Source: Centroscyllium fabricii (Eukaryota). From it: 64,000 nucleotides of DNA. Shown here in pieces: positions 1-14,332 of the stretch; position 1 is the first letter of the stretch, and each line of letters starts with the position of its first letter. The stretch spans positions 9,238,001-9,302,000 of the forward strand of contig JBNRSN020000017.1 of assembly GCA_051313645.2 (NCBI GenBank). The letters are read 5' to 3'. A model generated the notes under the pieces. It was not told the origin of the DNA. It worked only from the letters and a program-made list of their open reading frames with translations, and made no database searches. A program made the position numbers and the translations under genes.

Positions 1-1093
1 TGATCTCATTGAATGGCGGAGCAGGCTCGAGGGGCCGAATGGCCTACTCCTGTTCCTATCTTCTATGTGATGAAAGTGTGATCTAATGCTGATTTTTATA
101 ATCAAAAGTAAGCCACGAACAAATCCCATTTCCCTCATTTGTTGATTTTTGCAGTTTTCATTACAGTAAACTATACTGTAGATATTTAAGCTAGTAAGTT
201 TATTGACCAACCTAATGATTATGGATGCAGGAGTGGGAAGGGGAATTGGGGTGGAGAGGTATGATGGTGCAACGTATATGCAGAAAACAAGTAAGGTTGG
301 GAATGGAAATGTGTATAAATGCGTATCATCAAATTTTTGTTTCTGATCAGGACTTTAACTATAAAACCTAACTTAATTCATTAATGTGCAGTCTGCTTGT
401 TCAGTCTTGGAACATGGGGAAAAAAACTGTTGCAACTCGCCTAGCTGGTCCCAGTGCTTAAGCGATATGAAACTATATACTCTTGTGTCCTCAATTTATT
501 TCCTTTGTCTAAAAACCATATAACTCTATATTGATTTTGTACATTATCTGTCTCACTGGACAGTCTGTACCAGATGTTCATTACCTTCCTGTGAAGTAGT
601 TCATTCCAAACTGTTAAGCATGAGAGTTTGGACCAAAGCTAATCCCTCCAGTACCTCAACTTTCCTACCTTGGCATCCAGCAGTCAGTGTGGCTGATCTA
701 ACTGTTCTACCATGGCCTGTTCTTCTGAATGTGATGTAAAAATCGGGTAAATGGAGAGTATTAAACTAAACAGTTCTGATTGAGCAACACATGCTCTGGA
801 TTTTTATATTGCACAGGAACATGTGTGGAGTTCTGTTTATACAATTAAGTCTAACAATTTTTCCTACTTGCCGAGTGTATTTGTTATAATTGGCTTCGTA
901 GAATGGGAACAGAAATTGGCAACATCCACTTAACGGAGTTGCAATGCCAGCTGTTAATGGCGCGATTACAAAGGTTAATTGCTGCTTTTACAAGATGTAT
1001 GGCAGCGACGGTGTGTTTTATTGTGATGGGTTGCTGTTTGTGTACAAGCATTCCTGAGCTGCAAACAAATTAATTTTTAAAATGTTTCTCCAG

Positions 1094-1143
1094 TTTGACA
1101 GCTCATCTGCAACTTACATTCACTGGTTTCTTCCATAAAAATG
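1094..1143 (+). CDS. SUZ12: SUZ12 coding exon (human exon 5 equivalent), LTAHLQLTFTGFFHKN
   Basis: ctccag acceptor, GTATGT donor, 50 nt; translation matches SUZ12 LSAHLQLTFTGFFHKN. Confidence 0.95.
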
Positions 1144-1822
1144 GTATGTATATTAGTTATACTGTTGGGTACAGTGAAGTTCCCTGTTAAGTGGCATTGC
1201 TCAATGTAATAATGGTTATATACCCTCGCAAAATTCCACCTGCTGTGTCTTTGTACAATGTGTGTCATCTCCAGTAAGTCTGTGTTTTGTGGAGGCAGTA
1301 CTGGGGTGGAGGAGGAAAGCTGGTTCATAGTTGGAACCAAGGTAATTCTTGCATCAATATTTTCACTTATAAGTTCATGTTTATATCGAACGTCAGTGCG
1401 TAATATAAATGAGAATATGATGCATAATTGTATATGTGTCCCACTCATGACATTACGCAGAAGACACCCACTATTCATTTGAGAGTTCTCATGGTTAGCT
1501 CACAGGCAGAATATGAATCATGGCACATGGACTTGAGACCTGGCTGGAATCCAGGAATTTAATTATTGTGCATGCGTCTTTTATGTACAGCCTGGAAGTA
1601 GCTTTTCTAAATTGCCATTTTCTCCTCCCTTGCTAACCTGACTTCCAGTTGTTGTGCATGAATTTTTATTTTTTTTAAATACCTTTTGGTCTGCCAGTGT
1701 CCATATATTTCTTTGGGAAGTAGGTGAATGTTTCCTTTTTAATTGAAAGCCAGATTAATTAGGTGATTCCAATTGTTTGCTGCTTAAGGCAGTGAGTAGC
1801 TGAGCCATGCGGACCAGGAGGG

Positions 1823-1996
1823 TTATATGTGGGGTAACGGGGATAGGGTGGGATATGTGTCGATGGAGGCTCGATAGGGATATGGGGAGAGGGCAGGGAC
1901 AGGGTGCTGGGTTTGGATGATCAGCCATGATTTCATTGAATGGCGGAGCAGGCTCGAAGGGCCGAATGGCCTACTCCTGCTCCTAGTTTCTATGTT
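1823..1996 (+). mobile_element. V-SINE 3' half
   Basis: Matches the 3' part of the 53939 copy. Confidence 0.85.
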
Positions 1997-4900
1997 AGCA
2001 AGTGGTGAAGGAAGGGAGAAGATGGTGGGAAAGAGGAATAATGGGAACAAAAAACAAATGAAGTGAAATGGATAACAGGAAGTCTTCTAGATGGCATTTT
2101 TAATGTTGAAGAAATTTCCCCCACGAGGTCAGTGAGCAAAATACACGATGTTGGTGTGTTGGGAAATTGGTTAAGTGTTCCTCCTTCTGATAGCTGTTCA
2201 ACTACCTCTGCTGGATGTGCAGATGTTGGGCGAGGACAGAATTGGGCTTTGTGATGAGTTTTTGGGTTCTTTTACCCTTTCTATTCGATATTTTTGCCTT
2301 CCGTGCTTCAGCCCTGGCTCCTTGCATCTTGTGGAGTGTTTTCACTTGCCCTGGTAACTAGGTAAAGTGTTATAGCGCATGCAGGGTAACAAACATAGAA
2401 GTAAAAGCAGATAATGCTTGGAGGAAAAACAACTAGTCCGGTCAGGTATCTGTAGAGAGAAGATAAGTTGTGACATTTCGGGTGTGCATGCAAAGACTGA
2501 GCGATGTCATGTTTTTGTCTGGTTTGGGGGTGGGGGGTGGGTGCTGTGGTGGTAATTTGTTAAATCGCCCACAAACTGTTTAATGAACCACTGGATGTAA
2601 ACCATCAGTGAGACGATGCAGAGGTATAAAAAGGACACAACAATGTGGCGTGGGGAAGTGAAAAGACGAGGTTCACGCAAACAAAAATGAGCAAATAAGC
2701 AGGTTTTCCATCATCTGTCGTTTTTTCTTATAACCAATAGATCTCTTTTTTTCTTTTAAATTACTTCTGCCTGCATCCATCCCATAACTCCACAGGATTC
2801 TCCTCGTCTTTGAGAGGTGGGGAAGTGACGTGGGATCTTTTTATTTGGGCTTAAAATGCCAAATGAGCTCCAGTAAATAGACAAATGAATTGAAGCTGAA
2901 ATGCATTTTGTCATTGTGCTGATAGCTCCTCAACTCTAGTTGACAATTTTTCCATCTTTTAATCCTTTCCTCCTATGGAGATTTAATTTATCTATTCTCT
3001 TTGGAGATTCCATTAATTTTCTTCGAAGACTGCAGTTCAGATTCATTGATTTGAAAAAGGCAGGTTGATGAGTCCCTCTGAAGCAATAACCAGTCAAGCA
3101 GAATTACAAATTGCCATCTGTTAAATTCAAAAAGCTGACAATCAAACACCTATTTGAGCAAATCACACGCTTGTATTGAATTGTCATTGGCGTCCCCTCA
3201 GGCAAATTGCCCAGTACCCAACTGAAAATAGTTGCAGCTTTGTATTGAGTTAAGCTAGGTGTGATTTCTGTAAATAAAGCTGACTTTAACACTAATGCTG
3301 TGACCAAATCTAAGGAGCTGATACCAGATTGAAATGTGTCAAAAATGGGTCTGTCTTGCCACATCAATCCTCCCCCACATTCACCGAATGAGTTTCAATT
3401 CCAGCGTTTTGACGCTCCTGCAGACCAAAACTGCATAAATCTCCGAAGCAATAGTCTCAGCAATCCTGTTTTAAGAACCATGACAATGCTGGGTGACCTT
3501 GTATCCTTGCAGGGTGATGCCCCGTTGTGATAGATGCACATTTTTTGTCACAAGTTTCCAGTAAGTGCGCACAGAGTGTGGTCAGACTATGTAGCAAATG
3601 CAGTCCCGGATAAGTTTGGTTGTAACTTCTGCAGCATCCAGATCAAGCTTCAAGGTTCTTTTTCAATTGTTGAACCATCTTTCTCTTGTGGCAATAGCTT
3701 GTGACTTTAACTGCCGCTGGTTATTCCCCACGGTCATTTAACTGGCTCAGTAAAGCAGTGATATATTGTTGTGTACTGTGAAAACTCAAATCATCAGGAC
3801 AAGCTAGTACAGGCTCTGTACACGGCATCGTTCATCCTTGTGAAAGTGCTCTTGGCCTAGTGGACCAGGTTGGGCTTCACCTGGTGTCCGGTCAGTTAAT
3901 CATGTGACTGTATTACTACAGTTGGGAATCAGTCCACAATAAGAAACGGCCAACCCGCTGACTGCGTGTTTCTGTTCCTCCTGCAGTGGGCTGGGCCCCA
4001 TGCATGATGACCACCCATTTTCCTGTTCGGGGATCCTGAGCGCACTAATTCACTGGTACCTCATCCAATTGGCATAATTCAGATGTGAGATAGAGTGCTG
4101 CCAGTCTATTTATCTGTAAGGGCACCTTAAGCGAGCCTGTTTGTCCTTGTCCAAAGTCCACTGCATTAAGTTCCAGCCAAACCTGTTTTATGGGTATTGA
4201 GGCAAATTGTAATGCCCCTGCCGTCACCCTGCCTTAGGTCAGTTAATTAAAAGCTCAGACCAGCAGTTATACTCCGAGATCCTTCCCGATCTGTGTGGCT
4301 CAACTACTCATTGGAAAAATACTTTTATAATTTTTCCGCCATGGTGTTGTATTAAATAGAAATTAGTCCCCAATAGCATTAATAAATGTGGCCTCCATTT
4401 CTTTGCTTCTCTCGCTCGCCCTCTCTCTCTCGGTAAAGGTGTTTGCTGCAATGGATTTAAACCAGCACAATCTCAAAACTATGGAAATCGAAAGTACCTG
4501 TAAAGTCAAGCACATACAAACCTTTCCTGAATTAAGAGAGTTCAGGATGCAGTGTGCTTAAATCTTTAGTAGTTCAGCATTAAATGGGACAGTAGTGCTC
4601 TACATTTGTCACTGAGCAGTTGGCATATCACAGCCTAAAATAGTATGTTTCTGGACTCCCAGGTCACGGCATCCTCTGGATAAAGGGATGTGCAGAGAAC
4701 CTGCTACTGTGCCAATATACCTCTTCAGTTCAGCTAGGAGATGCGAGAGGGGGTGAGCTGGGTGACTTGTCCTGATTTCTCTCTCTCTCTGGGGAAAATG
4801 CCAGTCTTCCACTTGATACCCTGTGACGGCTTGGCAGAGATTGAGAGTTTGCTGTGGAATGGCAGATGCAACCTTGTGTCCTGATCTGTGGCACTCCATG

Positions 4901-5027
4901 AAACATTAATGTATTGATTCAACTTAAACTGGTATGTTTTTTGTTTTATTTGAATAGACTAAACTAAATTTAGCCTTTTTGCCTTGTAGGTAAATTTGCG
5001 AATAGTACCGTGTTTAGACAAAGCTGA

Positions 5028-5261
<234 letters not shown>

Positions 5262-5676
5262 TAACCCGCGCTGTCACCTGGGATGCTTCTGTTACATTGT
5301 GTACTCTTGAAAGTGCCATGTTGATTAGTGAAAACTGGTTGGCAGCTTTACAAACTTTAATCTCCAATAATCCTGGTGGATACTAGATTCTGTACATGAG
5401 GATAAATAATGTAGGATGTAATGTTTTGCTTGATTTGACTTTCTGGCAGGGCAGGGAGAAAACTTTCTCTGGGCATTGAGTTGGGCAAAGTCCATGCTAG
5501 ATTGGATTGTACTGGAATAGATTTGATGACTTAATTGGCCTTTACATTCTCTGCTTACATTTTACTATCTGGCAACCTTTTCAAGATCCCGTCCAGCTGA
5601 CAATCTGTCTACTTTAAACTTGAATAGCCTAAAAGAATCATGCGTCCACATTGTAACTAATCTTGTGATTTAGTAA

Positions 5677-6310
5677 TGCCCCGCTTTCACTGAGGCGACG
5701 AAAATCCCGAATGGTCCCGAATCGAAATTTGTGGAGATTCGGCAAAAAATGACAAATTTCGTGGAGATTCGGGAGGAGGTACGAATTTGTTACGAATTAT
5801 TTGTGCCGAATGTCAAGAATGGTTTAAGAAACAAGTACGAATTCAAAGAATCAGGTAAGAATTTAACGAATAAGGTACGACTCACTTACGAATGTGCCGA
5901 ATTACTGTACGAATCCACTACGACCGATTCGTACTTGATTCGTGGACATTTGTGCCTGTTTCGTGATGTATTCGGCGTGGGTCCACGAATTTGAGGGAGT
6001 CACGAATGCCCAAGAATAGGCCAGAATGCAGAAGAAGCGATTACGAAGCGGTTACGAACGATAAGAAAGGTTCACGAAGTGTTTACGATGCATGTACGAA
6101 TCTGAACTTCGTGAACCCTCCCACGAAGGTTTTTGACAAGCCAAAACATTCGTGCAAAATCGACGAACTCACGCGAACTGTACGAATGCTTAGGAATCAA
6201 CTAAGAATCAACTAAGAATCATTTAAGAACTGCAAGAATTGTCTACGAACCGGAAAAATTTCAGATTCGGGACCATTCGGGATTTTCGTTGCCTCAGTGA
6301 AAGCGGGGCA
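5677..6310. mobile_element. PIF/Harbinger-type MITE
   Basis: About 46-bp TIR TGCCCCGCTTTCACTGAGGC(G/A)ACGAAAATCCCGAATGGTCCCGAATC; TAA target duplication at 5674-5676 and 6311-6313; interior rich in TACGAA and AAGAAT. Confidence 0.88.
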
Positions 6311-7699
6311 TAAGTGAAACCTTTTGCTGTCTTTACATGCAGGGTGTTCGAAGAAGTCTCTCTTTTTGCATTATGCCTCTTCCAATTTCTTTTACTAAGG
6401 TTAGGCAAAGTTTGTTTCGTGCAAGTTGCTTTAATACTTTCAGGGGGTTCATTGCCATTGAACTGTCATGGAAATAATGTTGCATAGCTGAAACGCGACT
6501 GCTTTCTCTAGTTTAATGCGACTCAATTTGTTCATCCTGATGACAAAGCCATTCCACCAAAATTATTTTGGTCACTTTTTTGTCTGCTTCATTTCCTTTC
6601 CTGAACGCACTGCCTCTTTCTGGGGTACAGCTCCACTAGATATCCCTCTGGTACTTCTCCAAATGCTTATTTCTGTATGACTTTAGAATGTCATCGCAGC
6701 CTAGCCTAATTCAGTCTTCACCCGTTGTCATCACAGATGCGCTTTCCAATAGGAGTTGCTGAAGTGAGCAAGACCAGGAATACTGGATGATTTCCCCCTT
6801 CCCTACCCAAGGATGTGGTGATGGTGCTGCTTCCCAGTGTCACAATCCTTTCTGCGCATTCCTTGCAACTTTTAAACATTCTTGGTCTTTCACATCTATT
6901 CATTTTAATAGATTAAAATTGGTGTGGCCATTTCTGTGGCCACGACCATGGTGAGGGGTTTCACCTCCTGGTGTTGAGTTGCCAATCTCCGCAGAGGCGG
7001 CGTGGAAAAATTTTACGCAGTTATTTTTTTTTAAGTGGCATGTATTGCCTGAAAAGGCAGTGGAAGCAGATTCAATAATGACTTTCAAAGGGGGAATTGG
7101 ATAAATACTTGAAGGCAAACTTTGGTGCTATGGGGAAAGACCAGGGGAGCGGGACTAATTGGATTGCTCTTTCCACGAGCCAGCACAGGCACAATGGGCC
7201 AAATAGTCTCCTGCGCATAGTCTCCTGCGCTCTATCATTCGATTATTCATTGCTGTGGGCAATTCTTGAGCGTTGGTGCGATACTGCTTGGGGAAGAAAG
7301 ATCAGGTGGGAGGATCTTCCTGGGAATGTACTCCTAGCATGTACTCCTAGCAGTGAGCTTACAAAGAATGGTTGAGAGCGGGTGCAGATGCTTTGTTGCC
7401 AAAGATGCCCGGGGAGAAAGTGGGGCAATTCACACCCTCTCAAAAGTATCAAGAAAAAAATTGGCCCTCTGAATTTGTGGTTGGAAATTTTGAAGTATTT
7501 TGTGCTTACTGTTCCTGCGTTTACCGTCCTTAATGAATGCAATCTCTGTTAAACTGCTAAAATGTATTGGCAGTGTATTATAGAGAGAGAGCCCTGAAAA
7601 TTTAATAGCAATAAAAACTTCATTAGATTTCCTTTTTAAAAATTAGTGATCAATGTCTCGTTGCTAGTATAAATTTAGTTTTTATTTAAAGGGAGAAAC

Positions 7700-9060
7700 C
7701 ATGGTAAAGGAACATGACGCATAGCACAAAGTTCAAAAGACTAAATGATTAGGAAAATGAAGTGCTGGTTAGGTGGTGGATTTTTAACTTTGTTTTGAAG
7801 GCTAGATTTTGAGGCAGGTGAAGAAGAGCTCGATCATTTTGCAGTCCTGTGGAAGAATGGCTGAGACTGGCGTGACTGCACAGTCTGAATACAGAGGTGG
7901 AAAAGCATCCGACAGAAGGTCATTGACCTGAAACGTTAACTCTGTTTTTTCTCTCCATCTGCTGAGTGTTTCCAGCATTTTCTTTCTATTTAGGTGGAAA
8001 AGCATGCAGGGTTGTGTATTTGCAGTTTGAGATGAATGAAGGGAAAGTTCCATCCATAGCGACGTTTAAGTTAGAGATGACTGGTTGTGATTTGGGCGGA
8101 GGGGGGCTGGTGTTGGAAAGGGGCCTGAAGCTAAAAGTGAGAAGGACTGCCTGTCTGCCTTTTCTTGTATCCTGTTTAGGAATGCGAGGGGTGGGGGGGG
8201 GGTGTCAAGAATTTCTCCAAACGTTGGAATATTCACGTTTTGGATGAACTTAGCCTTTATAGAGAGTTGAGTTGAAGTGTTTCAGAGCAGGGGTCCCCAA
8301 CCTTTTTTGCTCTGCGGCCCATTTTGAGGGTCGCAATTTTTTCGCGCGGGGGGGGGTGGAAATCAAGTTCAAGCAATCAAGCGGCATAACAAAACGCATC
8401 TGTGCCTCGAACATCTTTTTTTTCACCGCTTACATCACGACGTAAGCGGTGAAAAAAAAGGCGATCGAGGCACAGACTGTGCCTGGATGCCTTTTTTTCA
8501 CCGCTTACGTCTGTGCCTCGTTAAATGAGGCACAGACGGAAACAAGCGGTCCAGGTCCCCCAAAAAAGCGTTGTTTAAAGGAGGAAGCGCAAATCCTTCC
8601 GCGGCCCGGTAAAATTGTCCGGCGGTTGGGGACCACTGTTGCAGAGGAAACAGCTTCTTACAGCCAGCTTTAGCAGCGGAGGAATTGCAGGAGTTCCAAT
8701 TTACTTCAGAGGAGCTGGCGAGGCGAAGAATATAGATAGACAAAGCACTGAATGGAACCATCAGAAGTCAGAGGTGGTAGCAATTGGTTGGAGTTGGCAA
8801 GAAATTCTTTGAAGGGCTAAAAGAAACCAAGATTGCCCATTCAAGGCTGTTTGCGAGATCAATATGGAGCAATTAAACCATTGTACTGAGATGAATGGAG
8901 GTTGTGTACACTGAGGCCATGACATCTGAAGGACATTGTTGAAGGGGGAATCAGTGAGGGTAGGCACAGCTGGAGATCATTGATCTGAAAAAGAAAAGTG
9001 TGGGAGAGAACCGAGCCCTGGGACACTTTTATTGATGTTTCTCTCGGCGGGTGGATGTGG
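7700..9060 (-). mobile_element. Ancient L2/CR1-group RT remnant hosting the hAT MITE
   Basis: VSQGSVLSHTFLFQINDL resembles the GVPQGSVLSP motif. Confidence 0.5.
8288..8638. mobile_element. hAT (Charlie-like) MITE
   Basis: TIRs CAGGGGTCCCCAACC and GGTTGGGGACCACTG; 8-bp duplication tttcagag/ttgcagag; internal hairpin. Confidence 0.88.
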
Positions 9061-10861
9061 GGCCGCAGGGGAAGAATTGATATCAATTTTGTTTTTCTTG
9101 TCCTAAATATGAAACATTAGAACATAACTGGTTCTGTAATCATTCCAATTTGAGTTAATTTTATAGTGATAACATTAGTTCTACATTAATGGCATAAATG
9201 TTTCTACTGCTGTAAATACACAGCAGGCTTGTCTGGATCTTAAAGACCAAAGGCCAACATTTTAGATCTCTACCATCTTTAATTTCTCTATCCGATCGTG
9301 ATGGATCTGCTTTATGTTTCTAGCATTTTGTTTTTATTCCATCACTCATAATTTCTTTATCTCTCACGTCTTTCACCTGCAGAAGTGCTAAAATGCAACT
9401 CCAACTCATGGCATAAAGTACTTTTTGGAATCTCTCTGTAGTTTTTCTGCTCTTAGTGCAAAAACTGTTCACTAAATATGTTAACTTCGCTAACAAAGCT
9501 ATTACTGTTCACTTGAGTATTTTTAACTAGCATTTTAATGCACAGGACCAGTTGTGCCTGAGGATTTGTTCAGAATTTTAGTTTGCTTCAGTGAACACAA
9601 ACAGATAAGTTTGCATTAACTGTCCTGCATCTTCTCTCCAGTAGATGTGTCCGACACTTGCCTCTAACAGCTCACATAATCCGCTCAGTAGACTGTGATT
9701 TCCAGATCCTGTTTCATTAAGTGTTGTAAAAACAGAGTCCACCTGACCAGTGACTGGCTGATGTAATTGTTTCTTGTTCTAATAACGTGCTTGGAACATT
9801 TTAGAAATTCTTGCTTTCTGTGTCCACCTCCCCAACCCCATGTTGTTAGGTTGGCTGTTGGGTGTTCCAGATCCTGAGATTGGTTGTCTGCAATAAATGA
9901 CTTGTTCAACATATCTTTATTATGGATTGCTGTCTCAGAAACAGCTTTTTTTATTTGAAAGTTAAGCTTTCTAAGTATGTAGTAAATATTTTTTTAAGCC
10001 TTGTTGCAATTTGGGTGGTAATCTGCCTGAAGGGTACACTAATGCCACTTACAGGTGACAAGTGTGACTAAAGATTCTCTCAAAACCAGTCCCTTGGAAC
10101 TTTAAACTTCGGTGTGGGTAAAACATGCGATGTCGAAACTAGGTGCTCTGAGAGAGAGACTGCAAGCTAGAGATTTAATTGTACAGAACAGTTTTAAAAG
10201 ATTCATTGTAATTACTATTGCAACAGTTTGGCCGGCCTTGCACATTTAACACCGCGACACTGACCATTTCTGATCTTTCACTAAAGGGGAAAAGAGGGCA
10301 GCAAGATTGATGCTGGAATTTGTTTATTGCTTTATCCAGGGAAGTGTTAAAAGTACATTTAAGCTGAAAAGGTACATTAATTTGGTATGTGTGGAGAGAC
10401 AAATGGTGCGCTGGCAAATGGGCTGACCCCGGGATGTTTGTGGTTTCCTCTAAATGTTGGTAGGAGATGTCTATGCACAGTGATGGAGGGGAGAGTCTAA
10501 GCAACTTCTGAAAGTCCTCAGCATGGAACTGGGACACACTCGAGTCATAATGTATTGGTATATTGCAGCCCTGTGTACATGGGGAGGGGGCTGAATGGGG
10601 AACTACATTCAGTTTGAGGTTTCGGATCTGGTTTATTTTCAAAGCAGTGATAGGGGAACAGGGCTAAAGTCCCAGTAAGCTGCCCGTGGGTTTTTTCCTT
10701 GGTTACAGCCTGTTTTGCATCGGATAGCTGAGGGTTTGCTTGATTTTTCTTGCACAGTAACTTCTACTTTAAAATTGAATGGCAGTACACTCCATTTTAT
10801 TAAAACTACAAACCACTACTTGTTAAAATTGTTAATCCTTTTATGCAGTTTCAGAAAGTAA

Positions 10862-11197
<336 letters not shown>

Positions 11198-12296
11198 TGA
11201 GGCTGGGGTGGGATATTTGTTCTAGCTGAAACTCCACTAAATAATTAGCATAGATCCGTGTAAAATTTGATGTGATTAAGTCCCAAGTTCTTACTAATGT
11301 TGTGTTTAGAGCTATAATAGCAAATGTCAAATTGTAAAATGTAGACTTGGCGTGTTTAGAAATTTTAACTTGTCTTTAAATTGAGATTTCAGCCTGTGCT
11401 AAATCTGCCGAATTGAATTGTACAACATTGTGCTTCATGTCTGCAAATCTAACTTCATATTAAAGCTTGTATGTCATGTTACTTGTGAGCAAGAATTGTT
11501 AGTGCTTTGGTTTAACTGTTTTCAAAGCTCAAAATGTCTTGGGAACCATTTGAAAAGCAAAGGTGTTCCTTAAACCATGGAAATGCTGCAGTTTATTACA
11601 TTTATTGGTGAGGCAGTGAAGCCCTGCTACATTTCATGAAATGTGTGTGAAAGAGAAAAGAAACTACTTGAATTTATGTAGCGCATTTCACAATCTCTAT
11701 GACCCAAAGTGCTTCATGGGCAATGAAATACTTTTTGAAGTGCAGTCACTGTTGTGATGTAGGGAAATGCGGCAACCAATTTGCACACAGCAAGCTCCCA
11801 CAAACAGGGAGATAAATGATCAAATTTGGTTTGGGGATATTAGTTGAGGGATACACAAGTTCCTGCAGTAGGAATTAAAAACATGACCGTCTGTCTTCGA
11901 GGTGAAGGTGCTGTGACTGAGCCACGGCTGACACCTAAATGTGTTTACGGAATGTGCTTAAAACCTTTTTGTAAAGGTCGCCAACATTCATAGTTCAGTA
12001 AAGAAATTTGCAGTGGTTTAGTAACAATGGGATTAAATGTTGCAAGCCTTAATTTAATAGCATTTTCACTAGTACTGTAGAAAGACATTAGCATTTTGCT
12101 TTTTTACATTTAATGCATACTCAACCTAGTGGCTTAATTGAGGAATAAAAAATCCAGTGGGGGGGGTCTTAATATTTTGAGCACATACCAATTTATTTTT
12201 ACATTCCAGTAGGGTTCTCATCAAATGTAGCTTGGTGACGGGCTGCACTTTTTCCTTTTGACACTCTTAATTCGACAGCCCCTTTTAAACCGATAT

Positions 12297-13378
12297 ATAG
12301 AAACATAGAAGATAGGAGCAGGAGTAGGCCATTCGGCCCCTCGAGCCTGTTCCGCCATTCATCATGGCTGATCATCCAAACTCAGCACCCTGTCCCTGCC
12401 TTCTCCCCATATCCCTTGATCCCTCTAGCCTTAAGAAATACATCCAGCTCATTCTTGAATATATTCAGTGAACTCGCCTCCACCGCCCTCTGTGGCAGAG
12501 AATTCCACATGTCCACCACTCTCTGGGTGAAGAAATTCCTCCTCATCTCTGTCCTAAATGAGTTACCCTTTATCCTTAGACTATGACCCCTGGTTCTGGA
12601 CTCTCCGATCATCGGGAACATTCTTCCTGCATCAAGTTTGTCCAGACCAGTTAGAATTTTATACGTTTCGATGAGATCCCCTCTCAATCTTCTAAACTCC
12701 AGAGAGTACAAACCCAATCTACCCAGTCTCTCCTCATACGTCAATCCTGCCATCCCAGGTATCAGCCTGGTGAATCTTCTCTGCACTCCCTCCATGGCAA
12801 GAACGTCCTTCCTTAGATAAGGAGACCAAAACTGCACACAGTACTCAAGGCGTGGTCTCACCAAGGCCCTGTACAACTGCAGCAAGACCTCCCTGTTCCT
12901 GTACTCAAACCCATTTGCTATGAAGGCCAACATATCATTTGCCTTCTTAACCTCCTGCTGCACCTGCATGCTTACCTTCGGTGACTGGTGCACAAGGACA
13001 CCCAGGTCTCGTTGCACTTCCCCTTCTCCCAATCTATTGCCATTCAGATAATAGTCGGCATTTCTGTTTTTTGCCCCCAAAGTGGATAACCTTGCATTTA
13101 TCCACATTATACTGCATCTGCCCCGTCTCAGCCCACTCGCCCAACCTGTCCAAATCATCCTGGAGCTTCCTGGTATCCTCCTCGCAGCACACACGCCCTC
13201 CCAGCTTTGTGTCATCTGCAAACCTGGAGACATTACATTTAGTTCCCTTTTCTAAATCATTAATGTATATTGTGAATAGCTGGGGTCCCAGGACCAATCC
13301 CTGTGGTACCCCACTAGTCACTGCCTGCCACTCGGAAAAAGACCCATTTACTCCTACTCTCTGCTTTCTGTCCGCCAC
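12297..13378 (-). mobile_element. CR1 (HER1-like) LINE, 5'-truncated, RT C-terminus and 3' tail
   Basis: GVPQGLVLGP, FADDTK, LEYCVQFWSP, RTRGH motifs; CTATGTTT-type tail. Confidence 0.95.
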
Positions 13379-13954
13379 CTTTTGATACAGCCAGCAATAA
13401 GAACTTTGTGTGCTTGTGTTTACAGATTCTGTTCTTGTAATTCACAGTGTGGACTCAGCAGAGGTTCGAGTTAAAAGGAATGTTTAAAAACTGGGGATTT
13501 CTTTGGGGTTGAACACCTGTCCGTGCAGTGCATGTTCATAGATCGCTAATGCACTGGCAAGGTGCATCTTTCTGTAGGTTTCACTATCCCACCCTAAAAC
13601 GTAGCACGTGACTAAGTCGCATCATCTGGGGAAAGTCAGCTATTTATTTGTGGAAGCAGATTTTGAAATGCTCTGTGACAAGCCTGCTGTGTGGCTCCTT
13701 GAGCTAAATTAAATCCAATCCTTTTTTATGGAAGATCAGTCTGAAAGGCGAATGACTCCAACACTTGCGTGTAATTTTCCCCGAATGCATTAGGAAGTTT
13801 GAATACTTATTTACTGGTTCCAGATTCAGTTTTCGGATTGTATTTCAGTCTTATGAAAAGCGACTCCCCAAGTCACATTTGTTATTGAGAGGACTGGAAA
13901 CCTATTCTGGTATCTTTATTACCTGCCACTGTGAGGTGTAGAATGTTCAGCGCT

Positions 13955-14332
13955 AACAGAAACTAGGAGCATGAGTCGGCCATTCGGCCCTTCGAGCCTG
14001 CTCCGCCATTCAATGAGATCATGGCTGATCATCCAAACCCAGTACCCTGTCCCTGCCCTCCCCCCATATCCCTATCGAACCTGCATCAACACATATCCCA
14101 CCCTATCCCCGTAACCCCACATATTCAATCCCCCTAACACGAAGGGTCAATTTATCCTGGCCAATCAACCTAACCCGCACATCTTTGGACTGTGGGGGAA
14201 ACCGGAGCACCCGGAGGAAACCCACGCAGACACGGGGAGAATGTGCAAACTCCACACAGATAGTACCCGAGGCTGGATTTGAACCCGGGTCTCCAGAGCT
14301 GTGAGGCAACAGTGCTAGCCACCGTGCCGCCC
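13955..14332 (-). mobile_element. V-SINE (HE1-like), full length
   Basis: tRNA-like head GGGCGGCACGGTGGC, V-domain GTGTGGAGTTTGCACATTCTCCCCGTG, CR1-derived tail. Confidence 0.92.
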
